Of a DNA stretch of 64,000 nucleotides, positions 29,303 through 37,756 are shown in pieces (the first letter of the stretch is position 1; each line of letters opens with the position of its first letter). Position numbers and translations under genes: made by a program. The stretch covers positions 1 through 64,000 of the forward strand of contig JBEKFP010000002.1 of assembly GCA_050013255.1 (NCBI GenBank), written 5' to 3'. The notes under the pieces were generated by a model. The model was not told where the DNA came from and did no database searches. It saw only the letters and a list, made by a program, of their open reading frames with translations. Origin of the DNA: Candidatus Bathyarchaeia archaeon. GTDB lineage: Archaea; Thermoproteota; Bathyarchaeia; 40CM-2-53-6.

Positions 29303-30661
29303 ATGCTAAGGATCACTAAGACAGGGGCACTGAAGGTGTCCCTGTTCGGAATCGTCACTGTAATCATAGTGGAAGGCTTCGCGGCGATATCTACGGGAAG
29401 CCTTGCTCTTCTAAGTGATTCCGCCCATGCTTCCTTCGACGCATTTTCCACTTTGATCTTGCTGGTCGCAACGAGTCTCTCATTGAAACCTGCGGATGAA
29501 GACCACACTTACGGCCACGGCAAATTTGAATCCCTAGGCGCCCTCATTGGTGGTTTTGTCCTCTTAGTTCTAGCAATAGGCATCGTGGCCGCAGCAGCAT
29601 TTCGTTTGAGCGTTGGAGGGGCGATTCACCCCACTCTCTTCGGGTATGCGGCAGCGGGATACACGATCGGCATAGACATCTTGAGGCTAGCAGTATTGAC
29701 CTCGGCATTGAAGACGGGGAGCCTATCGGTCCGAGCCGACCTTTACCATGCGGTGGCGGATCTCTTTTCCACTTCACTCGTCTTTGTTGCATTAGGCTTA
29801 GCCACCTTAGGTTACGTTGTGGGCGACACGGCGGTATCACTCGTGCTCGCGACATTGCTCGGGTATCTGAGCAGTCGGCTGATTTACGCATCAGTACTCG
29901 ACCTAAGTGACGCCGTATCGGGCAAACTCGTTCAGTCAATCCTTCGCGAAATTCGGAAGACGGAGGAAGTGCTCAAAATCAAGGAACTCCGCGCGCGCCG
30001 CGTTGGGCAGGTAACCTATGTGGACGCTGTAGTTGCTGTTTCACCGTTTGCAGGAATTGCAGATGCCGACACGATCGCTTCAAAGATTGAAGATAATGTC
30101 ACGAAACTCCTAGGTAAATCGTCAATTCTGATTCACTTAGAACCTTTAGAATGGGACATACCGCTTGAGTTGAAGATTCGGCACGCAACAAGCCGGGTTG
30201 AAGGCGCCCGAGGCCTCCATAACTTATCGGTAACCAAGATAGACAACTGGTTGTACGTGACGCTTCACGTTCAGGTCGATCCTTCATTGCCACTTGAGAA
30301 AGCGCATGGAATAGCAGAGTCCATAGAGGAGGGAATAGAGAAATCTGTGCCGGAAGTGCGTCAGGTTACGGTTCACCTGGAACCATCGATGCCTGAGAGC
30401 AGCAAAGGCACTATCGTTGACGACAGATACATATCGGAAAGAATCAGGTCAGTGGTGCGAGCCTACCCGGATGTAATTGAAATCAGCGCAATCACGACCT
30501 ATGCAACCGAAGGCAAATTGCACATCAACGTTCACTGTTTGTTCGCACGGGAGGCCCCTATTTCAGAACTACATAAGATGATATCACAAATCGAAGAGAG
30601 CGTGAGGCAAAAAATCAGCAATGCAATTGTAACAATACATCCTGAGCCTAGCCCAGAGTAG
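29303..30661 (+). CDS. Cation diffusion facilitator with three C-terminal dimerisation domains
   Basis: SDSAHASFD, PADEDHTYGHGKFE, HAVAD; IHLEP, VHLEP and IHPEP repeats. Confidence 0.92.
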   Translation: MLRITKTGALKVSLFGIVTVIIVEGFAAISTGSLALLSDSAHASFDAFSTLILLVATSLSLKPADEDHTYGHGKFESLGALIGGFVLLVLAIGIVAAAAFRLSVGGAIHPTLFGYAAAGYTIGIDILRLAVLTSALKTGSLSVRADLYHAVADLFSTSLVFVALGLATLGYVVGDTAVSLVLATLLGYLSSRLIYASVLDLSDAVSGKLVQSILREIRKTEEVLKIKELRARRVGQVTYVDAVVAVSPFAGIADADTIASKIEDNVTKLLGKSSILIHLEPLEWDIPLELKIRHATSRVEGARGLHNLSVTKIDNWLYVTLHVQVDPSLPLEKAHGIAESIEEGIEKSVPEVRQVTVHLEPSMPESSKGTIVDDRYISERIRSVVRAYPDVIEISAITTYATEGKLHINVHCLFAREAPISELHKMISQIEESVRQKISNAIVTIHPEPSPE

Positions 30662-30702
30662 GCTTCCCGTGATAGGGAAGATGTGACTCCTTTTCGGACA
30701 AA

Positions 30703-31206
30703 CTAGTTCAGGAGTTTCGTCATCACGTAGGCGTCGAACCCGTCGAAGTAGTAGTGTGGAATTGTGCGAGTGATCTCAAAGCTCATTTTCTTGTATAGGT
30801 TGATGGCTGCCAAGTTATTAGTTCTAACCTCGAGGTAGCATTCATCAGCGTGATGTGCTGATAATGCTGATAGTGCTTGCTCGACGAGTGAGTAACCGAT
30901 TCCTAGGTTCCTAAAGTCTGGCATAACTGCCACGGAAATGATGTGCCCTTTTCTTGCAAACCTTAGTTTCTTCAAGTCTGAGAAACCATGTTCTAGGCGG
31001 CACATTATGTAACCGGCGACTTGTCCTTGAGACTCAGCTACTAGGAAAGTTTCCGGAAGCGTGTTGTACGTGTCAATGAAGAAGTAGGCCGCGTAATTTT
31101 CAGGTAAGCAGACGCGATTAATGTTGATGACCGCCTCAACGTCTGCTGGACTGAACCGCCTGAGTGTGTAATTCTGAATCAGCAAAGCGCTACTCGAATT
31201 TTCCAT
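30703..31206 (-). CDS. ard1: Ard1/RimI-type N-alpha-acetyltransferase
   Basis: CLPENY, GHIISVAV, R..GIG, LEVR..N..A..LY, YYFDG.DAY.M. Confidence 0.9.
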   Translation of the reverse strand: MENSSSALLIQNYTLRRFSPADVEAVININRVCLPENYAAYFFIDTYNTLPETFLVAESQGQVAGYIMCRLEHGFSDLKKLRFARKGHIISVAVMPDFRNLGIGYSLVEQALSALSAHHADECYLEVRTNNLAAINLYKKMSFEITRTIPHYYFDGFDAYVMTKLLN

Positions 31207-31312
31207 GCAGCTGTCGAGTATATGATTCTATCTGCGCCTTTGGACAACGATTTCGAGAATACGTTTAAATGACGAATTTCGGGTATGCGCAGGAAACCAG
31301 AAGGACAGCCGA

Positions 31313-32458
31313 GTGACCGCCAAACCAGCACCCGTAATCGAGGCACCCCCGCCGTCCTTCCCAATTGATTTCGGTTCGCTACGCAACATGGTCGAGTATC
31401 GCTTTACCCTAATGGATGCTTACGTTGATGTCCAAGGGTTACCAACATTCATAGTCGTCCAGGAGGCGATTAAGGACAAGTTCAGAGAATTGCTCCTTGA
31501 CTTAGCGAATCATAACCTCATGGCAAAGATAAGGAGGGTTCAGGACAAACTTGTTATTTCCATATTTCCAAAACCGAACCTTGGCAAACCTCGCAAGATC
31601 ATTAACTTGGTCCTGTTCTTGGCCACCATTGTTACGGTTGGAATAGCGAGCTCTGCGCTCATATTCAATGTCGACCCGAGACTTACCGCTGCGCTCTTCT
31701 CCGGTGCCGACCTGAACGTTCAAGTTGCCCTTATCGGGGCATCAATTCTTGGAATAGTTGCAATACATGAGTTAGGCCATGTGATCGCCGTCCGTCACCA
31801 TAAGATGGACGCAAGCCTACCGTATTTTGTCCCCGCGCCCCCACCTATTCCAATCGGAACCTTCGGCGCCGTTATTTCCTTGCGCAGTCCGCCAGCCAAC
31901 CGCGACCAGTTGTTCGATCTTGGCTTTAGCGGTCCACTTGCCGGATTCATGGCCACAATTTGTGTCGGGATCTTTGCAATTCTCACCGCGCCAATCATAG
32001 CTGAGCAAACGGCATCCAGCCTAATAGCCGCAAACCTACTTTCGTCGAGTTCCTGGCCCCATATGCCGCTCTTTCTGGAGCTTTTGGGTGACCTGAGCTT
32101 ACGTACGGTTCCGGCTGGACATGTGCTAGTATTGACTCAAGTTGCTTTCGCGGCTGAGGTGGGAGCTTTGATAACCTTCCTGAATATTCTACCAGTCTGG
32201 CAACTTGACGGTGGTCACATCGCGCGTGCCACTTTTGGAAACCAAGGCCATAAATTCACTGCGCTCGTAGGCTTCGGAGTTCTGTTCCTGGCCGGTTACT
32301 GGGGCTTTGCACTTCTCCTACTCGTCTTCATGTTCATAAGCCGCCGCCCCCTCGAAGGCGTTGAACCTCTAGATGACGTATCCCCACTTTCGAAGACAAG
32401 AAAAGCATTGTTTGCCCTAGCTCTGGGTATGCTCGTCCTCTCATTCGTAATCCTCTAA
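31313..32458 (+). CDS. Site-2 protease (peptidase M50)
   Basis: HELGH, GTFGAVI, GPLAG, NILPVWQLDGGH. Confidence 0.93.
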   Translation: MTAKPAPVIEAPPPSFPIDFGSLRNMVEYRFTLMDAYVDVQGLPTFIVVQEAIKDKFRELLLDLANHNLMAKIRRVQDKLVISIFPKPNLGKPRKIINLVLFLATIVTVGIASSALIFNVDPRLTAALFSGADLNVQVALIGASILGIVAIHELGHVIAVRHHKMDASLPYFVPAPPPIPIGTFGAVISLRSPPANRDQLFDLGFSGPLAGFMATICVGIFAILTAPIIAEQTASSLIAANLLSSSSWPHMPLFLELLGDLSLRTVPAGHVLVLTQVAFAAEVGALITFLNILPVWQLDGGHIARATFGNQGHKFTALVGFGVLFLAGYWGFALLLLVFMFISRRPLEGVEPLDDVSPLSKTRKALFALALGMLVLSFVIL

Positions 32459-32483
32459 ACGGCTAAAGCGACCGGGAAAACGC

Positions 32484-33203
32484 TTGCGTGCCGACCTTAA
32501 AATCAAACTCCTCGAGCTAACGAGGGATGGTCGCGTAGTTTCCTTAGATGAATTGGCACGTGAGTTGCAAGCAGCGCCGGCCACTCTAATCTCGCAAGCC
32601 GAGGATTTGCGTAGCAAAGGCCTAGCTAATTATCATCATGCAAGATTCGATCTCGATACACGCCAACGCATTATGTTGGCTGAAGAACTAATCCATGCTG
32701 GTCGCGACCCTCAGAAGGTTTCGCGTTTATTGGAGTGGCAAGAGTTTGAAGATTTCGCAGTTCTTGCCTTTGAAGACAATGGCTTTAGTGTCGTCAAACA
32801 TCTCGTCTTCAAGTCCAGATCTGGTCGGAGAGAAATTGACCTTCTCCCTTGGAACGATACTTTTCTTTTTGCAGTCGATTGTAAGCATTGGCTGCGTGGT
32901 CTTTCCACGTCACGAATGAGTGCGGCAGTTCGCGCCCAAGTTGAACGATCTGAGGCTTTAGCGGGAAAACCCGAGTTACTCGTCAAATTCGGGGTCACGC
33001 ACCATGACCGGCGGCGTATTGTTCCCATGATATTCACATTGGGCGACCCGCGCCAGACATTTGTTGATGAAGTTCCAGTGGTATCTGTTTTGAAGCTGAT
33101 GAGTTTCTTGCATGGAGTCTCTCCTGTCGACGAAAGCTTCCGAAGTTTTCCGGTAAAGGGTCTAGGCATGGCCTCCCTAATCCAAGGGCAACCGAAGCCC
33201 TAA
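32484..33203 (+). CDS. wHTH plus PD-(D/E)xK nuclease-like protein (NERD/Mrr-like)
   Basis: WQEFE, EIDLL, AVDCKHW. Confidence 0.8.
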   Translation: MRADLKIKLLELTRDGRVVSLDELARELQAAPATLISQAEDLRSKGLANYHHARFDLDTRQRIMLAEELIHAGRDPQKVSRLLEWQEFEDFAVLAFEDNGFSVVKHLVFKSRSGRREIDLLPWNDTFLFAVDCKHWLRGLSTSRMSAAVRAQVERSEALAGKPELLVKFGVTHHDRRRIVPMIFTLGDPRQTFVDEVPVVSVLKLMSFLHGVSPVDESFRSFPVKGLGMASLIQGQPKP

Positions 33204-33233
33204 TCTCATCGGAGTGGCACAACGGCGGCAACC

Positions 33234-33890
33234 TTGAGCGATGTGCACCAAAGGCTCCAGCAGTTGACGACTGCGCTGCTTAGCGGAAAGACGGAAGAGA
33301 CCAGACAAAGCACAAACGCCGCGTTAGCCGTAGGTAGCACCGCCAACGAGGTACTCGACACTTTAGTTGACGCCGTGAACATAATCATCGGCCTACACGA
33401 GGTCGGGGAGTACGATAAGGATAGGGTGACTGCCGCAGAAGGCGCTCTCAACTCCTGCCTTCAGACTATCGAAGACCGGCTAGCGATAGCTGAGAAGAAG
33501 TTCAACATCAAAGCAACAACAGGCCCAGTCGGCCTGAAGGCCGGAAACTTGCTCTCATTGGCAGTATCTGCATCTCTCAGGGCCATTGGTTTTCGTTCCG
33601 TAAACTTAGGAAAAAGCCAGACGCCCCTGGAGATTCTCCGAAACTCCGAGGAACTCGGAGCTGATTTGGTGGTGCCCCTACTGTCGGGGGAACGAGTTGA
33701 AGAACAACTCCAAAACTTTATGGAGGCTCTTGAACGCGGAGGGTTCAAGACGAAGTTCGAAGTAATCCCAGTAGCCCCAGGCTTGCCTGAAACCGTTGAA
33801 ACTTCAATTACCCTCGCAAGGAATTCGGGCGAGGCAATTAGCAAGGCAACTGAATGGGCGCTGAGACGAAGTAAGAGCACGAATAAGTGA
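33234..33890 (+). CDS. Divergent corrinoid/B12-binding-fold protein lacking DxHxxG
   Basis: N-terminal cap (ALAVG..ANEVL..LVDAVNIIIGLHEVGEY) and Rossmann part (LRAIGFRSVNLG..QTP.E...E.GADLV); no His ligand motif. Confidence 0.65.
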   Translation: MSDVHQRLQQLTTALLSGKTEETRQSTNAALAVGSTANEVLDTLVDAVNIIIGLHEVGEYDKDRVTAAEGALNSCLQTIEDRLAIAEKKFNIKATTGPVGLKAGNLLSLAVSASLRAIGFRSVNLGKSQTPLEILRNSEELGADLVVPLLSGERVEEQLQNFMEALERGGFKTKFEVIPVAPGLPETVETSITLARNSGEAISKATEWALRRSKSTNK

Positions 33891-33911
33891 AGGACTAAAT
33901 GCAGCGGCGCT

Positions 33912-34445
33912 TTAGGCCTTCCAGATTCCGTCCATCGCGGAGAATGCTAGGTCTCCAATTTCCGGAATCAAATGGTCTGCCACGAGTATCAGAAAGGCAA
34001 CAGCAAACACTCCAAGTATAAGCCCTGTTGGATAGTGGGCGAGCGACCAGGGCAAAATTCCATTGTAGAGTAACCATATCTCCAAGGCGATTCTGCCTAG
34101 GTTAGTGAAGTAAACACTCACAGCGACTATTCCGAAAGCCGTCAATCTCTTCTTGATTGCAACCTTAGGCATCGCAACAATGATTCCCAAGAAAACAGTG
34201 ATCACTTGGACCCCGGTGCACATTCGCTGGATCTCGAATTCATTCAGGAAAACCCGATTGCCCTCATACCAAACGGTTGCCTTAATCCCAATTAACCTCA
34301 TCAGAATGGCCGAATGTTCAGCTGTCAGCTTTTCGTAAAAGAAATAGTTAGGTAAGTAATACAGCGTGAGCGCGATAGCCGAGGTTATCCCGAGAACGCG
34401 CAGAATCTCGATGGCTTTCTGGCGATGCAAGGGCTTCAATCTCAT
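33912..34445 (-). CDS. Archaeosortase (Cys-type)
   Basis: CTG, NLGRI and AH triad pattern within TM helices. Confidence 0.85.
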   Translation of the reverse strand: MRLKPLHRQKAIEILRVLGITSAIALTLYYLPNYFFYEKLTAEHSAILMRLIGIKATVWYEGNRVFLNEFEIQRMCTGVQVITVFLGIIVAMPKVAIKKRLTAFGIVAVSVYFTNLGRIALEIWLLYNGILPWSLAHYPTGLILGVFAVAFLILVADHLIPEIGDLAFSAMDGIWKA

Positions 34446-34642
34446 CCCTTACCATTCCTCATGCGGCACATAATGAAACTTGCCTGCATTTCGATTACCG
34501 GCGCCCCAACCACATGCTTGCCCTAAGGAGATATTTCGGCGGAGAATCATGCAGGAACCAAACAAATTCAATGGTTTGTTCATTTGCAAATCGCCGCGTA
34601 AGACGCAGAACTGGAGTGACGCAAGGCAGATTGCGGGCCTTG

Positions 34643-35113
34643 CTAACGCTTCTTTCTTGTGCGCCTCATGGCCAACAGAGCAGCTGAAAGCGCAACGACT
34701 GCAATTACCGAGATCATGCCTGAAGGGAATTCGGGTACTGGCACGTGTGATTGTTCAAGGTAGAAGTTTATAGTACTTGCAGAACCTGCCGAAACGGTTA
34801 CAGCACTGCTGTAAGGCTTGTAACCTGGTTCCACGACCGTAACATTGTAGTTGCCGGCGGGTACGAACATGTCGTAATAGCCGCCTGAACCCGAATATGC
34901 TAACAATCTGTAATGGCCATTGTCCGCGGTGACGGTGGCCCAAGCAACCGGTTGAAGCTGGTCAAACATATCAAAACCGAGCACATAGCCCGTTATCGCG
35001 CCTCCGCCACCGTAATATTGATCAGTACGAGACTGGGCGAAAGCGAACTTAGAGCCAAGAAGCATCAATGCGACAATGGCTATCGTCCACAGGATATATC
35101 GCATAGGCTTCAT
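34643..35113 (-). CDS. Small PEF-CTERM surface protein with carboxypeptidase-regulatory-like beta-sandwich
   Basis: Signal peptide; C-terminal VPVPEF + TM + RRTRKKR. Confidence 0.88.
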   Translation of the reverse strand: MKPMRYILWTIAIVALMLLGSKFAFAQSRTDQYYGGGGAITGYVLGFDMFDQLQPVAWATVTADNGHYRLLAYSGSGGYYDMFVPAGNYNVTVVEPGYKPYSSAVTVSAGSASTINFYLEQSHVPVPEFPSGMISVIAVVALSAALLAMRRTRKKR

Positions 35114-35300
35114 TTCGGGTCATTAGAATGATTCATGCAAGTTCCAATAAACGTTTTGCACTAACCCAAGTCGTCGGAAGATAGGTGCACACGAATGAAG
35201 CAATAGTCCAAACAATTGATGCATTGACATTTAACGGGAGAAGTGGGGAAGGTACATGCGATTGCGCGAGCAAGCCTAAGATTCCCCAAGGCAACCCACG

Positions 35301-37595
35301 ATGAGATTCAGAAGCTTAGCGCTCAGCATGATATTTGCCGCATTGCTCGCGGGCAGCGTTTCGGCTGCGGCTGGACAGGTTGTGTTTGTTACCATACCGC
35401 AACCCCATGTCTCAGTTCCGAATCAGATAATTGATTTCTACGCTGGGGGAACGAGTGAGGGTTACACGCTCCGAGTTTCACCGCAAGGGGGCACTCTTTC
35501 AATAAATGATTACCTCACGATGGGTCTAATGCCGTGGGGATACGCTACCGCCCAATGGACTACCGGGCGAGAATACATCATTTTCCTAGTCAATGTTACA
35601 CAAACAAACTTCAGAATCGGTTTCCTTTACTTGACGAATTCTACCGACGAGGCATTTATTTTGCGTTTGTTCGATTATGGCAGCGAGAACGTCAACCTAT
35701 GGACTTTCCAAGGAGCTCAACACGTCTATAACCGTACTGTCTCCACATCCTCAATTCAACTACCAAAATTACACATGCCCCAACCCGCAACGATTACGAA
35801 TGACATCTCCGCTCTCGGACCTCAACTCTACCTCACCACGAAAGGGGGACTCCTACTGAATGGCACAACATCCCTCAACATCCTCCCCGTCATGAACCAA
35901 CTCTTCCAGAACCCCACTGACTATAATGAGGTCTGGTCGCTCCTCGCTGATGAAATTGGTAACTACTACTTTGCAATTCTATACATGCGGAACAACGACC
36001 CTTCACACGTCATCATCGAGCATCAACTAAGATTGAATGATTACAGAAGATTGGATGGACGAACCGTCGATGCACATTGGCAGAAGGGGTCATTCGAAAA
36101 TCATGCCATCGTGAGGATGCCGATGCCCAATGTGACTGTGAATGTTGACGGCTTTCCGTTCCAAACAAACAACAACGGTCTAGTTTCTGTCGCCATTCCC
36201 AACGGAATCGTGACCGTCGAGGTTCCGGACGCGATCTTGAATTCGGCTAACTCAGAACTACACTTTGCAGGGTGGAATAAGTTCGGTTCATCAAACCCGC
36301 TCAAGATACGGGTAAATTCAACATTAGATGTCACCGCCAAATACGAATCTGACTATCCGCTGGTTGTGAGCAGCGCCTACGGAACTCCTCAAGGTTCTGG
36401 TTGGTACCCGCAAGGCGCAAACGCAACCTTTTCGGTTGAGAATGAAATGGATTATGGTAATAGTACGAGAAGAGTCTTCGAGCAGTGGGTAGGCGACTCA
36501 ACCTCCACGGACCATCAAGCTTGGATTATTCTCAACGCGCCCAAGAACGTTGTAGCGGTTTGGAAGACTCAATATACGGTAACCCTCGGGACCCTTGGGC
36601 TGCCCCCCGATGCAAGCGCTGTCGCCCTGGTGGGCGATTCCCTGGTCACGCTTAACGGGACCTCGCCGTACTCATTATGGGTAGACGCAAACCATCCGTT
36701 GCCAATCTCGGTTCGGAGCACCCAAATTCTTGACTCCAGCGGTAATTACTCTTTCCAGGAAATTCGCGTTGACAACCAAACGTACACGGGGGTTCTAGAG
36801 GTGGCCAAGCCGATTGACGTTTCCCTAGTATTTACTCCGGCCCCTAAGCAAAGTGCAAGTCTCAGCCTTCAAGTCATGCCATCGGTTGCCGTTTCTGGAA
36901 TTCCATTGTCCATTGCCGGCTCAGTTAACGCACCGACAGCCGAACCGACAACTGTCGTAATCTCTTACAGTTCAGGGGACAGCGGCTGGCAACAGATCGC
37001 AAATCTACCAATCGCTCAAAACGGCGAGTTTGCTTACACCTGGCAAGCAACCGCCCCAGGAAACTATTCTATCAAAGCGTTCTGGTCGGGTAACTCAAAG
37101 TATTCTTCAACCTCTCAAATCGTGGGAGTCAGAGTTGTCAATTCCGTTCCAATGATAGCTGGATCTGATCTGTTTAATCAAATCCTGCAAAATGGGTTAG
37201 CAGCGGCAAGAAGTATCCCATATTTAGGTACCCTTGTCAGGTTCACCGCGACCTTGATGACGTTGGGTTATGTACTGGCCTCGTTCGTCATCCCAGGCGG
37301 GGCCCCTATCATCGGATACTTCATCGGAAGTATCTTCGTCGGGTTCATCCTCGTCTTCCCGTTCAGCGCTGCAGTCGTACTAGTTAGGGCCGCGAGGACA
37401 AAGCGCAGACCAAGTTTGCTATGGCTCACGCCGCTACTAGTCATCTGGTTATCATCCTTGGCATTAGTGCTCTTGAGTCCAGCGCTCTCTCCCGCGCACC
37501 CTCTGCTTGTAGCATCACAAATATTGTTAGTGCTTAGCAACGTGTTTGCGATTCCTATGCTTGCATCTTTCCGACTTGCCAAACTAGTTGTTTGA
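35301..37595 (+). CDS. Membrane-anchored surface glycoprotein with beta-rich repeat modules
   Basis: Signal peptide, YGTPQGSGWY...F.QW.GD module, many NxS/T sequons, four C-terminal TMs. Confidence 0.85.
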   Translation: MRFRSLALSMIFAALLAGSVSAAAGQVVFVTIPQPHVSVPNQIIDFYAGGTSEGYTLRVSPQGGTLSINDYLTMGLMPWGYATAQWTTGREYIIFLVNVTQTNFRIGFLYLTNSTDEAFILRLFDYGSENVNLWTFQGAQHVYNRTVSTSSIQLPKLHMPQPATITNDISALGPQLYLTTKGGLLLNGTTSLNILPVMNQLFQNPTDYNEVWSLLADEIGNYYFAILYMRNNDPSHVIIEHQLRLNDYRRLDGRTVDAHWQKGSFENHAIVRMPMPNVTVNVDGFPFQTNNNGLVSVAIPNGIVTVEVPDAILNSANSELHFAGWNKFGSSNPLKIRVNSTLDVTAKYESDYPLVVSSAYGTPQGSGWYPQGANATFSVENEMDYGNSTRRVFEQWVGDSTSTDHQAWIILNAPKNVVAVWKTQYTVTLGTLGLPPDASAVALVGDSLVTLNGTSPYSLWVDANHPLPISVRSTQILDSSGNYSFQEIRVDNQTYTGVLEVAKPIDVSLVFTPAPKQSASLSLQVMPSVAVSGIPLSIAGSVNAPTAEPTTVVISYSSGDSGWQQIANLPIAQNGEFAYTWQATAPGNYSIKAFWSGNSKYSSTSQIVGVRVVNSVPMIAGSDLFNQILQNGLAAARSIPYLGTLVRFTATLMTLGYVLASFVIPGGAPIIGYFIGSIFVGFILVFPFSAAVVLVRAARTKRRPSLLWLTPLLVIWLSSLALVLLSPALSPAHPLLVASQILLVLSNVFAIPMLASFRLAKLVV

Positions 37596-37756
37596 CGATA
37601 GTCTGAAATCTTTCAGAATTAGCGAGCGAAGAGTAACGTTGTATGATTGTTGTTAATCCAAATGATTCTGCGGTATTGAGCGTGCACTGCTACGTGCAGC
37701 TAAACACTTTATGAATTCAGAGAGAACGGGACTGTAAAGCTTCGGTCGACGAGATT

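Noticed and set aside
32484-33203. PD-(D/E)xK protein as the missing nuclease of the MTase cassette
   Set aside because: It is 19 kb away, embedded in a housekeeping-like run, with nothing linking it to the cassette.
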